The notes under the pieces were generated by a model, which saw nothing but the letters and a program-made list of their open reading frames with translations, had not been told where the DNA came from and ran no database searches. Position numbers and translations under genes: made by a program. From Basidiobolus meristosporus CBS 931.73 (taxonomy: Eukaryota > Fungi > Basidiobolomycota), in the NCBI GenBank assembly GCA_002104905.1, contig MCFE01000177.1, positions 78,353-142,352 on the forward strand: a DNA stretch of 64,000 bases. The letters are read 5' to 3'. Shown here piece by piece: positions 13,318-27,120 of this stretch. Each line of letters starts with the position of its first letter. Position 1 is the stretch's first letter.

Positions 13318-14560
13318 TGTGGTAATGGAAAGTATTCCATTACTACAATATCTCTGAACCAATATTGCACTCATTTCTTTATTTTGCTTTTTGCTATCGT
13401 AACACACAAGTGAAAGATCAAGAATTTCCAACTTTGAAGAACAAATGCTCCAGACCCTGACAAGCAATCCACCCAAGAATATTATGCCATATAGAACACG
13501 TAGTAGCCAACACATGTTTCAAATTACAGCTCATTTGAAGCAGTACTTAAGGAGTTATGACCAAAAGAGTCTAACTATTATATATACCATGCCTTATTGC
13601 TAGGATTACTATGGTGACTTTGATCACGTGTAACTTTCAAACCAGCCAATCAAATCACGTAAAATTTTCACAGGTGCTGCGCCTATGTCCGATCTGGGCC
13701 ACTGCAAAATTTTAGCTTTGTATCACGTGTATTGCTTGCGCAATCACCCAAAAACTTTGATCCTTCAAAATTTTCATATATATGACTTCCCCAGCTGAAA
13801 AATAAGGAGAGAGCATCTCTTTCCAGAATCTCCACACTACAATTACAAGTTTAAAGGTTATAAGACTTCCCCTGCATCACTTGCACTGTTGAGTATTTTG
13901 ACTTTGATCAGTACTACATCAGTAAAGAGACTGCAAAGCTCACAAGAATCCAATCTAAGTTCTACAAGAAACTACCACTTTTCTGTCGGGAAAGTCCCCT
14001 CTAAGAAGCCCCTTTACTCTAAAGACACCCCTTTAGATACCCCTTTAGTCTAAAGACCCCTTTAGAGACCCCTTTAAGAAACCCCTTTACTCTAAAGAAG
14101 CCCCTTTAGGCACCCCTTTAGTGTAAAGTCCACTTTAGAGACCACTACAAGAAGCCCCTTTACTCTAAAGACACCCCTTTAGTCACCCCTTTAGGTCTAA
14201 AGACCCCTTTAGAGACTTCTACAACACACCCCTTTAGGTTAAAGGGGAGTTCAGAATTTCCATATTAGGAAATATTTTCTCAGAAAGGAAAGTGACTTCT
14301 AAATAAGGAAAAGTTACTATAAAAGTAAATAAGCCCATTAGTCAACAGAAGGTCAGAACACTGCTGTAGAAGTGATAAACACTGCCTACAGTATATTTTG
14401 AGCCCAAGATTGAGGAAATTAGTGAAAGTTATATCTTCTATTGGTATATTAAACTCCCAATTAACTATTTCAGTATTAGCATACTGGAAGTTGTTGTATA
14501 TTGTTGATTAGCCTCTACATTGTAGAACAAGCCCCAAACTAATCATAATACAACACAACA
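13318..14560. mobile_element. 1243-bp TGT...ACA insertion with 4-bp TSD (GATT) in the gypsy RT; probable solo LTR
   Basis: GATT at 13314-13317 and 14561-14564. Removing it restores [14 protein letters not shown]. No TIRs beyond TGT/ACA. Confidence 0.8.
13996..14247. repeat. Irregular array of CCCCTTTA-core units
   Basis: More than a dozen CCCCTTTA(G/C) cores separated by short AAAGAC/GAGAC/TCTAAAG spacers. Confidence 0.9.
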
Positions 14561-17399
14561 GATTGAGCCTGGCAATCAATGGAAAACTGCCTTCAGAACA
14601 AGATATGGTCACTTTGAATATAAAGTAATGCCAACTGGCCTCATCAATGCCCCAGCTGTCTGAGGGACTAGGTTATCTTATAAGCTTAAATAGAACAAGA
14701 ATGGACCCCAAGAAAGTAGAGTCATTCAATCCTGGCAAACTCCCTGCTCTGTAAAAGAAACCAATCCTTCTTTGTATTTGCCAACTTCAACCGCAGATTC
14801 ATTGCCTACTACTCCAAGATAGTCACTCCCTTTACAAAGCTCACCCAGAAAAATCTGCCCTTTGCCTGGCATAAGGAACAGTCTGAGTCCTTTGATTTTA
14901 TCAAGAAATCCTTCCTGTGTGCCCCACTGCTTGCCCACCCTGACCCTGAGAGACCTTTTATCATAGAAAACTGATGCCTCTGACTTTGCCCTTGGTGCCA
15001 TCCTTTCCCAGCATGATGACAAGAATGTGCTACACCATATTGCATTCACCTGCAAAAATTCACTCCAGCTGAAGTAAACTATGACATATATGACAAGGAC
15101 CTACTTGCAATCAGTGTTACCTTTGAACAATGGAGACACTATCTTGATGGTGCAGCTCAAAAGATAAAAATCTTTTGTGACCACAAGAACCTTGAGTACT
15201 TTACCACCTCAAAAGTACTGAACCAGACCTGTTCAGAATGATGGAGTATTCCCTTGAAGAAGGGGATGATGCCAGTTTGCAAATGAAAAACCCTGTACTT
15301 AACAAAAGACATTTTGAGCTCCTTGCAACCCAGTCCTCCAGTTTCATAGCTCCTCTTCTCCTTGAGAAAGTCAAGACCAGCCAAGCCACCAACTCCACAG
15401 CAGCAACAATCAAGAAATACCTCAAGTCTCCCACAGACCCACTACCCAAGTTCCCAAACCTCCAGCACCTACATCTAGTCAATGATATCATCTATCACTG
15501 GCACCAACTGTTTGTCCCAGACCTTGATACCCAGTTGGATATCATCCACTCTTGCCATGATAAAATGGCTGCAGAACATTTTGGTACTGCCAAAACTATG
15601 AATGAAATCAAGAGAGACTTCTGGTGACCCAAGATGATATCCCTTGTCAAGAAGTACCTCCAATCCTGTGACACATGTTATTGTGCAAAATCTGCCAGAC
15701 ACCAGCCATATGGACTTCTTCAACCCTTGCCAGTTCCTAACCAGCAATGGAAGTCAATTTCAATGGACTTCATAAGCAACCACCCAGAGTCCAACAAATT
15801 TACTTCAGTCCTGGTAGTGGCAGATAGACTCACAAAGATGGCTCACTTCATTCCCTGCTCCAAGAATATAGATGCCAAGGAGACTGCCCACCTAGTAATC
15901 AAGAACATTTTCTGGCTCCATGGTTTCTCAAGTGATACTGTGTTGGATAGAGGACCCAAGCTCATATCAAAATTCTGGAAATACTTTGTGCACTATCTTG
16001 GTGTGCAAGTCAAGCTCTCAACTGCTTCTCATCTGCAGTCAGATGGTCAGACAGAGAGAAATAACCAGATCCTTGAACAATACCTCTGGTGCTATATCAC
16101 TATCAGCAAGGCAACTGGACCCTGCTGCTACCACTTGCAGAATTTGCCTATAACAACTCATGTCATAGTGCAACTGGTCTCACACTATTCTTTGCAAATT
16201 ATGGTTTCATCTGCAATTTGATATTCAGATTTCAACACGCCCTATGAGCCCCTCAGCAGCTGAACATGTGTCAGCAATTCTAGAAATCTAAGAAACACTC
16301 TAGAGAGAACTCTCCTTATCCCATGAGGGGTACAAGAAGCTTGCAGACAACAAACAGTAGCCTAGCCCCAAGCTTAATGAAGGAGATTCAGTATGGCTCT
16401 TGAGAAGAAGCATTGTTACCAGCTACCCTTGTGACAATTTAGACTATGAGAAACTAGGGCCATTGAAGAAGAAGAAGAAGCTTGGTCCAATTTTATACCA
16501 ACTACAGTTGCCACCAAGTATGAAAATCCATGACACATTCCACGTCTCCCTACTAGAACCCTTCCATGAAAGTACTCTACCTAACTGGCACCCAGTAAAT
16601 CCCCTAGCCATCCAAGTAGACAAACACCAAGAGTTTGAAGTTCAGCAAGTGTTGGATTCAAAGTAAATCAGATCCCACCTTTACTATCTGGTGGACTGGG
16701 TGGGTTATGGCCCAAATGATCAAACTTGGAAACCAGCAGCTAACCTAACAAACTGCCAAGATCTAGTTGCGCTATTTCACCAGACATACCCTTACAAGCC
16801 AAAGCCAAAAGCTTGAGGAGAGCCCCTTAAAAGAGGAGAAGAGTGTCTCAATCACATGTCATCCCTGGCCTCCAATTTTCAAGCCAAATCAAGTCAGCAA
16901 AGAAATCCAAGTTCCTTTTAGAAAGTTCTACTACATTAGAGCAACTTTTTGAAAGCTCAAAGTCATCATCACACAATGAAACATTCTATGGAAGCTTTCC
17001 ATTGGAATTTATGTAGTCCAATACCCTATATTGTAATTACATATCATATGACCTGGTCATGTGATCAGCCAGCCCCTGACATATCCCCATGTGATATTCT
17101 AGCTTGTTTGTTAGTATATTTCTGTCTTGGCACTCTTACTGTGCATCACCCCAGAACCCCATTGGTATTAGCCAATATCTCTTGGCATCCATATTGCCAA
17201 AAAGTATTTATAGTCCTATCCCCCCTTATGTATTCCTCAGTCTGATAAACACAGGTCTTGAATAAACAGTCTTGCCTTGGAAATCCTCCTTGCCTTGAAA
17301 ACACAACTTGCCTTGTTGATCTACACCTAAGTCCTTTCCTGGTCCTGCCTTGCCTAACCCTACTCTCCTACCTTGTGTCTATTCATAATAAATACTGCA

Positions 17400-18560
17400 T
17401 CTTGAATATGGAACTTGATGATGACATAATGCTGATAAAGCTGCCTATTTCAAGCTAGGTAAAGTTAGTCCATTCTAGTTAGCCATTTACATGGATAATC
17501 TTTTTGCAGATTCCAATAACCAAGAAGTATCACAAGAAGCTAAATACAGCTTTTGTAAGGAGCTCAGCATCTCTGATACTCAAGGGCTTGGTTACTTCTT
17601 GGGGATACAGTTTTCCATACACTGAAACACCTAATCACACAGCTTAAGCCAGACCTGGTATTGTCAAGATATATTTCAGATGTACCAAATGATAATGTTT
17701 AGAAAGGCAGTCTCCATAGTGGAGACAAGCCTTAGACTGGTTGGTACTCAGCTAAATCCAGTAAGCTTGGTGCCATCTGTAAGCTTAGATTTCTCCAGCC
17801 ACCTCCAAGCTGGTAGCTTGCTATACATCAAACCTAGAACATGCTGAGATATTTCATATTCAATGGGAGTTGTCAACTGGTATATTCAGAGCCATGAATC
17901 AAATCATAGAGTAGTAGCTGAGTGAATCTGTAGGGAGAGTTTTAGAGAGAGAGGAAGTGATTGCAAGAACAAGTAGACTTTGTGGCTTTCACTTGATGGT
18001 TTTTAAATGTAAAAGTAGTATTTATACTTTTGCATGGTCTTGGCATAACTAACATGTGAATATGAGTATATAGGTCCCAGAAGTATATGCGTAAAGTTTG
18101 GGGCTGCTTGGACAACTTTGAGAATCTTCATGTTCTAGGTACCTAGTGTTATGATGAAAACTTTCTAAGTAAACTTCAACAAGGAATATGGTCAGTATTT
18201 TCTAAGATTTGTAGGTAATAATCCAACTAACTGAATTTGGTGAATAATCAGATGGAATTTTGAATTTTTATATCAGAATTTTCAGATATTTCAAATGAAC
18301 AGCTGATATATGCCAAGGATTAACCTAAAAGAATGTGGTGCACAATCTTTGGGAGTACACTTATGCTGATTGATTATGAGAACAGAAGACACACATTGCG
18401 CCACAGGATACACCTGACTCTACTACAAAGGAGCAGCTAATCATCATTCCATTTTGCAACCAGCTGTAGTATTATGCACCATGGTAGCATATCTTATGGC
18501 AGCCTGTGATGCTACAAGGCTCTATTGAAAATTTGCAGTTGGAGCTCACTGGATTTAGGC
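17400..18560 (+). pseudogene. Old copia RT/RNase H relic, split by an inverted copia-B LTR at ~17928-18276
   Basis: Visible nucleotide similarity to the 43300-44000 RT region. 17928-18276 is a diverged reverse complement of the 39975-40323 LTR. Confidence 0.6.
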
Positions 18561-18682
18561 AGCCATTCAGTAGAAATTAATGGTATTTTGCTGGTATTCA
18601 GCTTGTGTTTCTGCTTCAAACTTTAGTTAAAATATTTGGTGGGAGTATTGAGTAGCTGATAGCTTATATATATGCTAGTTAA

Positions 18683-21600
18683 TGTTGAAAAAGCTCATAA
18701 TTCTGCCTAAATACTATCCTAAATTAGTCACTTATATCATTACCTTCAAATCTTAGGGAATACTGATCAAATTTCTTGTCAGGATTTACTTAAATTATTT
18801 TTGCTAAAATAGCAGATACCCATAACAAGAAAATTCTCAAAGTTGTCCAAACAGCCCCAAGCTTTGCACACATGTTCTGGGAACCTTTCTGAATCTATTC
18901 TACTTGTTTGCAATGCCAAGCCATGTAAAAGTATAAATACTACTTTTACATTCAATATATCATTAAGTGAAACCACATAATCTACTTGTTCTTCTAATCA
19001 CTTCCAATATCTCCAAGACTCTTGCAACAGGTTATGAGCCCTGAGCTGTCACTCTCTGCAGTATCTACTACTGCTATTACTGGAATTTTCTCCTGTGCTG
19101 AAAACTTGGAAATTCTTCATTACAAAGTTACTGCCTGGAGAAGAACTGTAAAATCTAATTAGGAGAATTACCCTGCTGGTGAATAAGATGAAATTTATGG
19201 GCATACTAACTACTGATGAAAATGTGTTAGTAACCTTCCTCAATAGCCTGACAGACAGGCTTCAGGGCCTTACATCATCCCTAGAGTCCAGAACCAAAGA
19301 TTTGACCTTAAATCATGTATATGGAAGGTGCCTGGATGAAGAATTAAGAAAATTAAGTGCCAACAAGAAGGAAGAAGAAAATGCTTTAATAAGCAGCAAT
19401 AAAAAACAAAGGAGATACCCATGACCTTTTAAAGGCAATATCAACCTGTTTTGCCACTACTGCAAAAGGAATGGACACATGTCACACTGGTGCATCAAAA
19501 GAGAGATAGTCAGCAGAAAAAGCCTGAATATGGAAATGCTGTAACAACTGAAGATAGACTATTCATATCTGCACAGACTATGGTCACAAATAAGAATTCT
19601 TAGATGTGGTATATTGACTCTGGAGCATATCAACACTTTACACACAAAAAACAACTTTTTACCCAATACCTAAAAATTCCAATTAAGAAGGTTTTCATGG
19701 GTGACAGTAGAACACTTAATTCAGTGGGAGAAGGAACTATTGAAGTGAACCTTAGAAGCAGCAAAGAAAGCTGTACACTAACCTTTAAAGAAGTACTCTA
19801 TGTACCAGAAATAGTTAAGAACCTACTATCTGTAAGCAAGGCCACAGCAGAAGGACTCAGTTTCATCTTTGACATTGTGGATGCAGGATCACTGATCAAA
19901 ATGGTGCCCATATTGATTCAGGTATCAGAGATCAGAATTTATACAAGTTGACTTATATTCCATCATATGTGGAAGCCACTATGAGTAACTTAACTTAAGA
20001 AACACCAATGATATGACCCAGGACATTTGGGCACATCATTTTTGATCAATTATGCAAAATGATCAAAGATCAGCTAGTTTCTGGCGTAAAATTGAATCCC
20101 CATCTAGTTTGGATCACTGTGTAGCCTGCATAAATGGGAAACAAGCCAGACAACTGTTCAAGAGCTCTGGTGTAATCAAAACCAAGAAAAAACAAGATCT
20201 TATTAACTCAGATCTGTGTGGACATATAAAATTTATCCTTAGGCGGATTAAAGTATTCAATCACTGTTATTGATGATTATACAAGATGAATGTGGGTCTA
20301 CTTCATGGAGAGAGCAGAAGTTGCTCTCTCTAAGTTCAGGGAGTCTAAAGCCATGGTGGAGAGTGAAACTGGTGAAAAAATCAAGAAAATACACTCTGTC
20401 AATGGTAGAGAATATACATCAAAACTCTTCACCCACTTCTGAAAATTCATGGGATAAAGCCAGAGACTACTGTACCATACTCCCCACAGCAAAATGGAGT
20501 AGTAGATTATGTAAACAGAGCAACAATAGATACGGCAGGATCTGATATCCATATTCAAAAATTATCCCATGATTTTTGGGTGAATCAGTTGCCACTGTAG
20601 TATACCTTAAAAATAGGAGTTATAACAGAATACTTTGTGAATCTACTCCATCTGAAGCAAGGTATGTATACAGACTAATTGCAGAACATCTAAGAATATT
20701 TGGGTGTACAGCATATGCAAAGAAACTACCTGGAAATCAGTCATTATGTGAACCAAAAAGTGAAAAACACATATTTTTAGGTTACTGCAATGAGAGTAAA
20801 GCATACAGACTCTAAAATGGCAAAGTAAAGAAGCTAATCAAGTCCAGGGATGTACTGTTTGAGGAAAAATCAAAATTATCACAAAAAATGTTACCAGATG
20901 ATGATGAATATTTGATCTCAAGTCCACTAATAGTCAGAATTGAATCAGAGCAAAACAATGACAACTGTTTCACTGCAGAGGACTCTGCAGCCATGATTTA
21001 GCCTGAATCAGTGTCCAGGAATATTGCAGAAGTGATCACTCTAGTATCAAATGCCTGGAGATCCAACTGGACAAGAAAGTGCCCAAATTCCTATATTAAT
21101 GAGGGTACAAACATAGCCTGTGCATATTCAGTCCATAATGATGATCCCCAGACTGTAAAAGAGTCCCTTAGTAACCCTCAGACAGAGTTTTGGAGATCTG
21201 TAATGACTGAGGAATGCCAGGCCCTGATGAACAATCAAACTTGGGACTTAGTCAAATTACCAATCAACTAAAAATCATTTTGATGCAGATGGGTCTTCAA
21301 GACAAAAACAAGGCTTACGGTGTAGTGGGGTGACAGTGACACCCACTGACAGATGTGCTCATTCCCTTATTTTCTACTTCCCTATATCTCCACTACACTT
21401 ATTTTAGTTTTATCCCATTTGTCTTACCCAATCAGTACTGTCCCATAAGCCGGTTGACTATGACACCTGCTTACCTTATTGCATAAGTTAACCCTCTCTT
21501 TATGTAAGATTACTAGCTATAAGTACTTCTATATTAGGCAAGTACCCGTGCCAGTACCCGTGACACATGATCAGCCCGTGTCACCATCCCTGCCATTTCC

Positions 21601-24525
21601 ATACCATATATGGTATCCCCATGTTACACAGGTTTCAGAATACTGATTCCTGATTGGTTGGATGTGCTGTGCCTCTTAGAACCTTCTGGCACCTACTTAG
21701 AACATTCTTAGGTCATTCTGATGTCATTAAGATTTCTATTGATCTCCAGAACCTTCTGGAACACCATGATTAGTAATCACTTAGCCAGTGAGAAAAGTAT
21801 ATAAGGGAGGCTATCCCTCAACAATAAATCATCATCCCTTTTATCAATATACCGACTTGTTGATTAGTGTGATCACTGCTACCTGCTGCTACCTGAACTT
21901 CCAACCCTAGACCACAGGACACTCCCAGGAAACCACGCTGACAGCCAACTGACCTTGGAGGCACTACTTGTGAGGAATACTCAGAGTAGGTATCTTTTAT
22001 TATATTTGATTCTTTCCCAAGTTTGTTCTTGTACAGGCAAAGATACTTTTCTGTCTTTGTAACTATTGACCAAAGCTGCATTCTTATCAAGTCCCTGCTG
22101 GTGGAGTTTACAGTTGTTTTGACTTTGGAAGCTTTAGTACATTGTCATCTCAAAGGATGCTGAACCCAGCACATACTTTTGTTAAGACGCCAACTAAGTT
22201 GGGGATTGTAGCTCAATAGTTTTCCCTTGACAAGCTTGTGGCTTTATTCCCCTTCACATTAGATTAGAGACAGAACCCAAGTATTCCTAGCAAGCTTTTG
22301 CCAGAGGTTATCGCACCCAGTGAACACCCCACACACAAAACACTTGAGAAGTGTTGGACGTATCTCTCCCTTGGACTTATACACCACCACAACGGTACAA
22401 TTGAAAGATACAAAGCAAGACTTGTGGCCAAAGGATACTCTCAAACAAAAGGACTTGACTATACTGAGACCTTTGTACTAGTAGCCAAGTTTAATTCCAT
22501 CAGATTAATATTGGCTATTGCAGCCAAATATAAGTTTTTTATTCATCAAATGGATGTAAAAATTGCATTTTTGAGCTGAGAACTTGATGAGAATGTGTGT
22601 AATGATCAGCCTGATTGGTTTGCTGGTCTTTCCAACAAAGTATAAGGCTGGTGGTACAATTGAAAGATACATGGCAAGACTTGTGGCTGAAGGATATTCT
22701 TGCACCCAAGGACTTGACTATACTGAAAGCTTTGCACTGGTTGCCAAGTGTAATTCCATCAGATTGATATTGGCTATTACAGCCAAATGTAGGTTTTTTA
22801 TATATCAAATGGATGTAAAAACTCCATTTTTGAACTGAGAACTTGATGAGGATGTGTGTAATGACCAGCCTGATGGGTTCACTGATCAAGATAATTCCCA
22901 CTTGGTCTGCAAGCTCAAAAAGTCTTAATATGGTCTCAAACAATCACCAAGAGCCTGGAAATGCAAGGTAGATTCTTATTTGGAATCTTTGAGTTTCAAA
23001 CAGAGTAATGCTGACTATAGTATATACTATAAGCCAAATAGAGCAAATCCAAATCTATTTGCTCTATATGTGGATGATTCTATTATAGCCACTAACAACC
23101 TAACAATGTTGAAAGAGACTAAATCCAGCCCATCTAAAGAGCTCAAGATGTCTGATCTAGGAGAACTCAGTTACATCTTAGGATGGGTTAGGGATTGGCC
23201 AAGCCAATGGAGCAGGCCCAGCGCACTGTGAGCAGGGTGATGCCAACACCAGACAAGTGTTGAATGCGTGACTGGTACTGCTAGAACCATCACCACCAAG
23301 ACAAGACAAAGAGATAAAGTTCTCCATAGGCAGAAGTACCTAGACTATCACCCTGAGCCAATTCAAGTATATTCAAGATATACTAAAGAAGCACCAAATG
23401 GAAGACTGTAAACTGGCAGCTACCCCAATGGAGTCAAACCCTTGATTGGTCAAAACGCAACCAAATCAAGAGATCTTGATGCCATCTGAAAGCCCTGAAT
23501 TTCCTTGTTAATCAGTGATAAGCAGTTTGATGTATATAAGATGTCCAGATATCCGTTATTCAGTGGGAATTGTCAGCCAGCATAATCAGAACTATGGATC
23601 CAATCAAATTGCAGTTGTTAAGCAGATTTTTAGATATCTAAAAGGAACTGTTGATATCTGCTTAAGATATACTTATAAGTATTCAGAACAGGATCCTGTG
23701 GGATGCTCTGATGCGGATTGGGGACAAAATTTGGAAGACAGATGATCCACCACAGGATACACCTTTCTTTACTACTAAAGGAGCAATATCATGAAATTCA
23801 AGAAAGCAACCAACCATAGCACTTTCCACCACAGAGGCAGAGTATATGGTAGCCTGTGAAGCTAAAAAATAAGCAATGTAGTTAAGAAAGCTTTTTGCAG
23901 CTTTAGGCCTATGTCAAAAAATGCCTATTTCTTTATTTCAAGATAAACAAGGATGTATACAATTAGGTAGAAATCCAACTTCTTATGCTAAAACTGAGTA
24001 CATAAATATTAGACATCAGTTCATATGTGAAGCTACAGAGAATAACTTAGTTAGCTTAGCTTACTGTACTTCAGATGAGATGATTGCAGACATATTTACA
24101 AACCATTAGCTAGAGACAAGATTGGATGTCTTAGATCAAATTTAGGACTAGTCAGTGTGAATACTTAGCTGTGTAGGGGTGTTGTAAAATTTGTAATTCC
24201 ACCTAAATACTCACCCAGCTTAGTCACTTAGAGCATTACATCAATCCTAGGGAATACTGACCAAAGTCCTTGTTGGGATTTACTAAGAATATTTTCACCA
24301 AAATACCAGGTGCCTAGAACATGAAAATTCTCAAAGTTGTCCAAACATCCCCAAACTTTACACACATGCTCTCAGGATCTTTCTCAGCCTATTCTATGTG
24401 TTTGTAATGCCCACACTATGTAAAAGTATAAATACTACCTTTGCATTCAATAAATCATCAAGTGACAACCACATAAACTACTTGCTCTCCCAATCACTTC
24501 CAACATCTCCAAAACTCTTACAACA
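18683..24525 (+). mobile_element. Degenerate full-length copia family B element, TSD GTTAA
   Basis: LTRs at 18683-19029 and 24180-24525, PBS GGTTATGAGCCC at 19030, GTTAA on both flanks. Interior is colinear with 40355-44299 but riddled with stops and frameshifts. Confidence 0.92.
21321..22391 (+). mobile_element. 1071-bp solo LTR (gypsy-type, 4-bp TSD ACGG) nested in the copia-B RT
   Basis: Termini TGTAGTGGGG...CACCACCACA, ACGG at 21317-21320 and 22392-22395, TATATAAG at ~21810. Removal restores the RT frame [14 protein letters not shown]. Confidence 0.85.
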
Positions 24526-24679
24526 GTTAAAGTGGTGCGCCCCTGAAAAGAATGCCTGCTTGCTTCTTGTGAAGTTAGTTACTCCAATATTCTAGACTGT
24601 CACATTAGGTAGGTTAGAACCTGGCTGATAGTACAATTGTATTCAGCTGACCTTGCTTTAGCTTTTTCCTAGGAAAAAG

Positions 24680-27120
24680 TGTTGTAAGCTTTGTACTTAA
24701 GTCAGAGTACCCAGCTGATTTAGTCACTAAGGTTATTGCTTACAAGTTTCAAAGAGTTCTGCCTAAACTTCTTGTTGGAGTTTAGTTACAATATCTTCAC
24801 CAAAATATTAGGTAACTCAAACATTATATTGCTTAGCAATGCTAAACAACTCCAGACTCTGAGCATACATTCTTGGAATCTTCCTAGCCACATTTTACAT
24901 GCTGCTTTGCCAGTATCATTTACATGCATAAATACAACTCTCACATTGCATTAATTATTATGTAAAAACCATGCATGTGCCATATCCTCCCAATCACTTT
25001 CAATATTTGCAAGTCTCTTATTTTAGATGATGTGTCACAAGCTGTCACTCTCCGGAATATTCACTCAGTAATTATGAGTTGACCTACTGCTGGAAGGCTG
25101 GATAAATGTAGCTACTAGGTCTGCAGAGTGGAAATAAAGTTGTTGCAACAGGAAAGAGGCCATTGGATTATTGTTATTGAAGAATATTAACCTTGTGGTA
25201 GTGTAGGAAGAGAATTTGTTGAGTACTAGACAGCTTTGACAATTCTAGATGCAGATACAATGGTGAAAATGGCTCCTACAGGGCTTGTGTATTGTAGATC
25301 AGGGTCTAAACAAGTTATCTCATATTCCTCTACATCTGAAGTTAACCTTACAGGCTTAAGTGGAGAAACATTGATGCTTTGGTGCAGGGTATTTTGCCAA
25401 TTCAATTTGTTTATTCACACAAGGTGATTAAAAATCAGCCAATATGCAAATAAAAGCTTATCCCCTAGCAGGTCTAAAGCCCTGTGAAGCCGGCATATAT
25501 GGGATATAGGCCAGACTACTGCTCAGGAGCTCTGCACTAGTCAAAGCTGAGAAAAAACTGGATCTAATCAACTCAGCTCAATGTAGATGTATGTAACACT
25601 TATTCATAGGTGGAAAAGCTTATTTAAATGCATTTATTGAGCACCATGAGGGCATGCATAGGTTAACCCAATGGACAAAAAGGAAGAAGCTCTGCTCAAA
25701 AATGAGGGTGTGAAGACGTGATAGAGCAAAAACTGATATAAAAAATGGAGAGAACATGCTCTGGCTACATTAGCATATCTCTCTGAAAACTCTTTATTCA
25801 ATTGTGGAACATATATGAGTCAGAACATGAGACCATTATACTATGCTTGCCTCAAGAAAACAAAGTGCTATGATGTGCAAGCAGACTCATAACTACTATG
25901 ACATGGTTTATATTTCTATGATTAATAATTGCCTTGTGATTCTTTGGGGAGATCAGTTTCTATGGCTCTACATTTTAAAAGAGGAGTTAAACCAGAGTAC
26001 TCTGTGATTCTACTTCATATGAGAAAAGATACGGATGTTAACCAAGTGCAGAGTACCCCAGATAACTTGGCTGCACACCACATGCTGCCATTTGTGTAGT
26101 CAATACTCAGGCTAAAAGGTGTGAAATGTGTACTATTTGGCCACAACCACTTGGAGAATAAGAATCAACAGAAGGCCAGTGCAGTACTAATATAAGATCA
26201 GCTGAACTTCAATATTCACAGAAGTCACACCTCTTAGTATCTCAGATACTGGCTTTACAACAGAAAAGCAGATATTCTTTCAAGGGAAGACCCACTAGCA
26301 TTCATCCCAAACATGCTGAATAGCTGCTAATCTCTTCCACTAAAATTGTGAATAAGAGACACCTGCTGAATACCAGCTAAAAATCTAATGACAGGTAGCT
26401 AGGTTTAATTCTAACATACCAACTGTGCCCATTTCTACCAATTATGTGCTTTTAACTTATGAAATAAGTTTATCAGCTGCATATTTGAATAGGGAAATTG
26501 ATAAGGACCTTTACATAGACAGGCCTGATGGACACATTGACCAAGGCAGCCCCCATTTGGAGTGCAAGCTTAAAAAATCACCATGCAATCTCAAACAACC
26601 ATGAAGAACCTGGAATTACAAGAGAGATTCCTACTTGGAATCTCTGTATTTTTAATGAGTTACTGCTGATGATGATCTCTTCTATACACCAACATAACAG
26701 GTCTGGCACTATTAGTCCTATAAATGGCTTATCTTATCAAAACTACTGATAACCAAAAAATGCATGAAGAAATTGAATCCAGTTTTGTAATTACACTTAA
26801 ATATCCACCTAACTTAATAACTTGTTTCCTTGCCCATAAGTGTTAAAGAATGCTAACCAAGTTTCTTGTTGGGACTTATCTTGAATATTTCATCAAAATA
26901 TCAAGTACCCAAAACATTAGAAACTTCAAGGTTGTCCAAATAGCCCCACACTTTGCACATATATTCTTGGGACCTTTCTAAGCATATTCTACATGCTTTT
27001 CTTGCCAGGATTTGTAAAAGTATAAACACCACTTTTACTTTTCATTGATCATTGAGTGAAAACCACATAATCTACTTGTTCTCCCAATCACTTCCAATAT
27101 CTCCAAAAACCCTTACAACA
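24680..27120 (+). mobile_element. Very old copia remnants: LTR-like segments at ~24680-25020 and ~26772-27120 around integrase/RT debris
   Basis: 26772-27120 aligns to the family B LTR (ends CCTTACAACA). 26520-26640 resembles PDG..DQ..PHLVCKLKKS. Confidence 0.55.

Larger units (their letters stand above)
11447..16800 (+). pseudogene. Gypsy gag-pol relic (gag, aspartic protease, RT with YxDD segment deleted, RNase H, integrase, chromodomain)
   Basis: LIDSGASSSF (protease), LRMCVDY and [14 protein letters not shown] (RT), H/C zinc finger plus ISMDFI and QSDGQTER (integrase), EFEVQQVLDS..YYLVDWVGYG (chromodomain). Many stops and frameshifts. Confidence 0.9.
10500..17390 (+). mobile_element. Degenerate chromoviral Ty3/gypsy LTR retrotransposon with a nested insertion
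   Basis: Direct repeats at ~10500-11028 and 16844-17390, PPT AAAGAGGAGAAGAG before 16844, order gag-PR-RT-RH-IN-chromo. The 5' LTR start is approximate. Confidence 0.9.

Noticed and set aside
13318-14560. Ginger DNA transposon (TGT...ACA termini, 4-bp TSD)
   Set aside because: No terminal inverted repeats beyond 3 bp and no integrase-like ORF. A solo LTR fits better.
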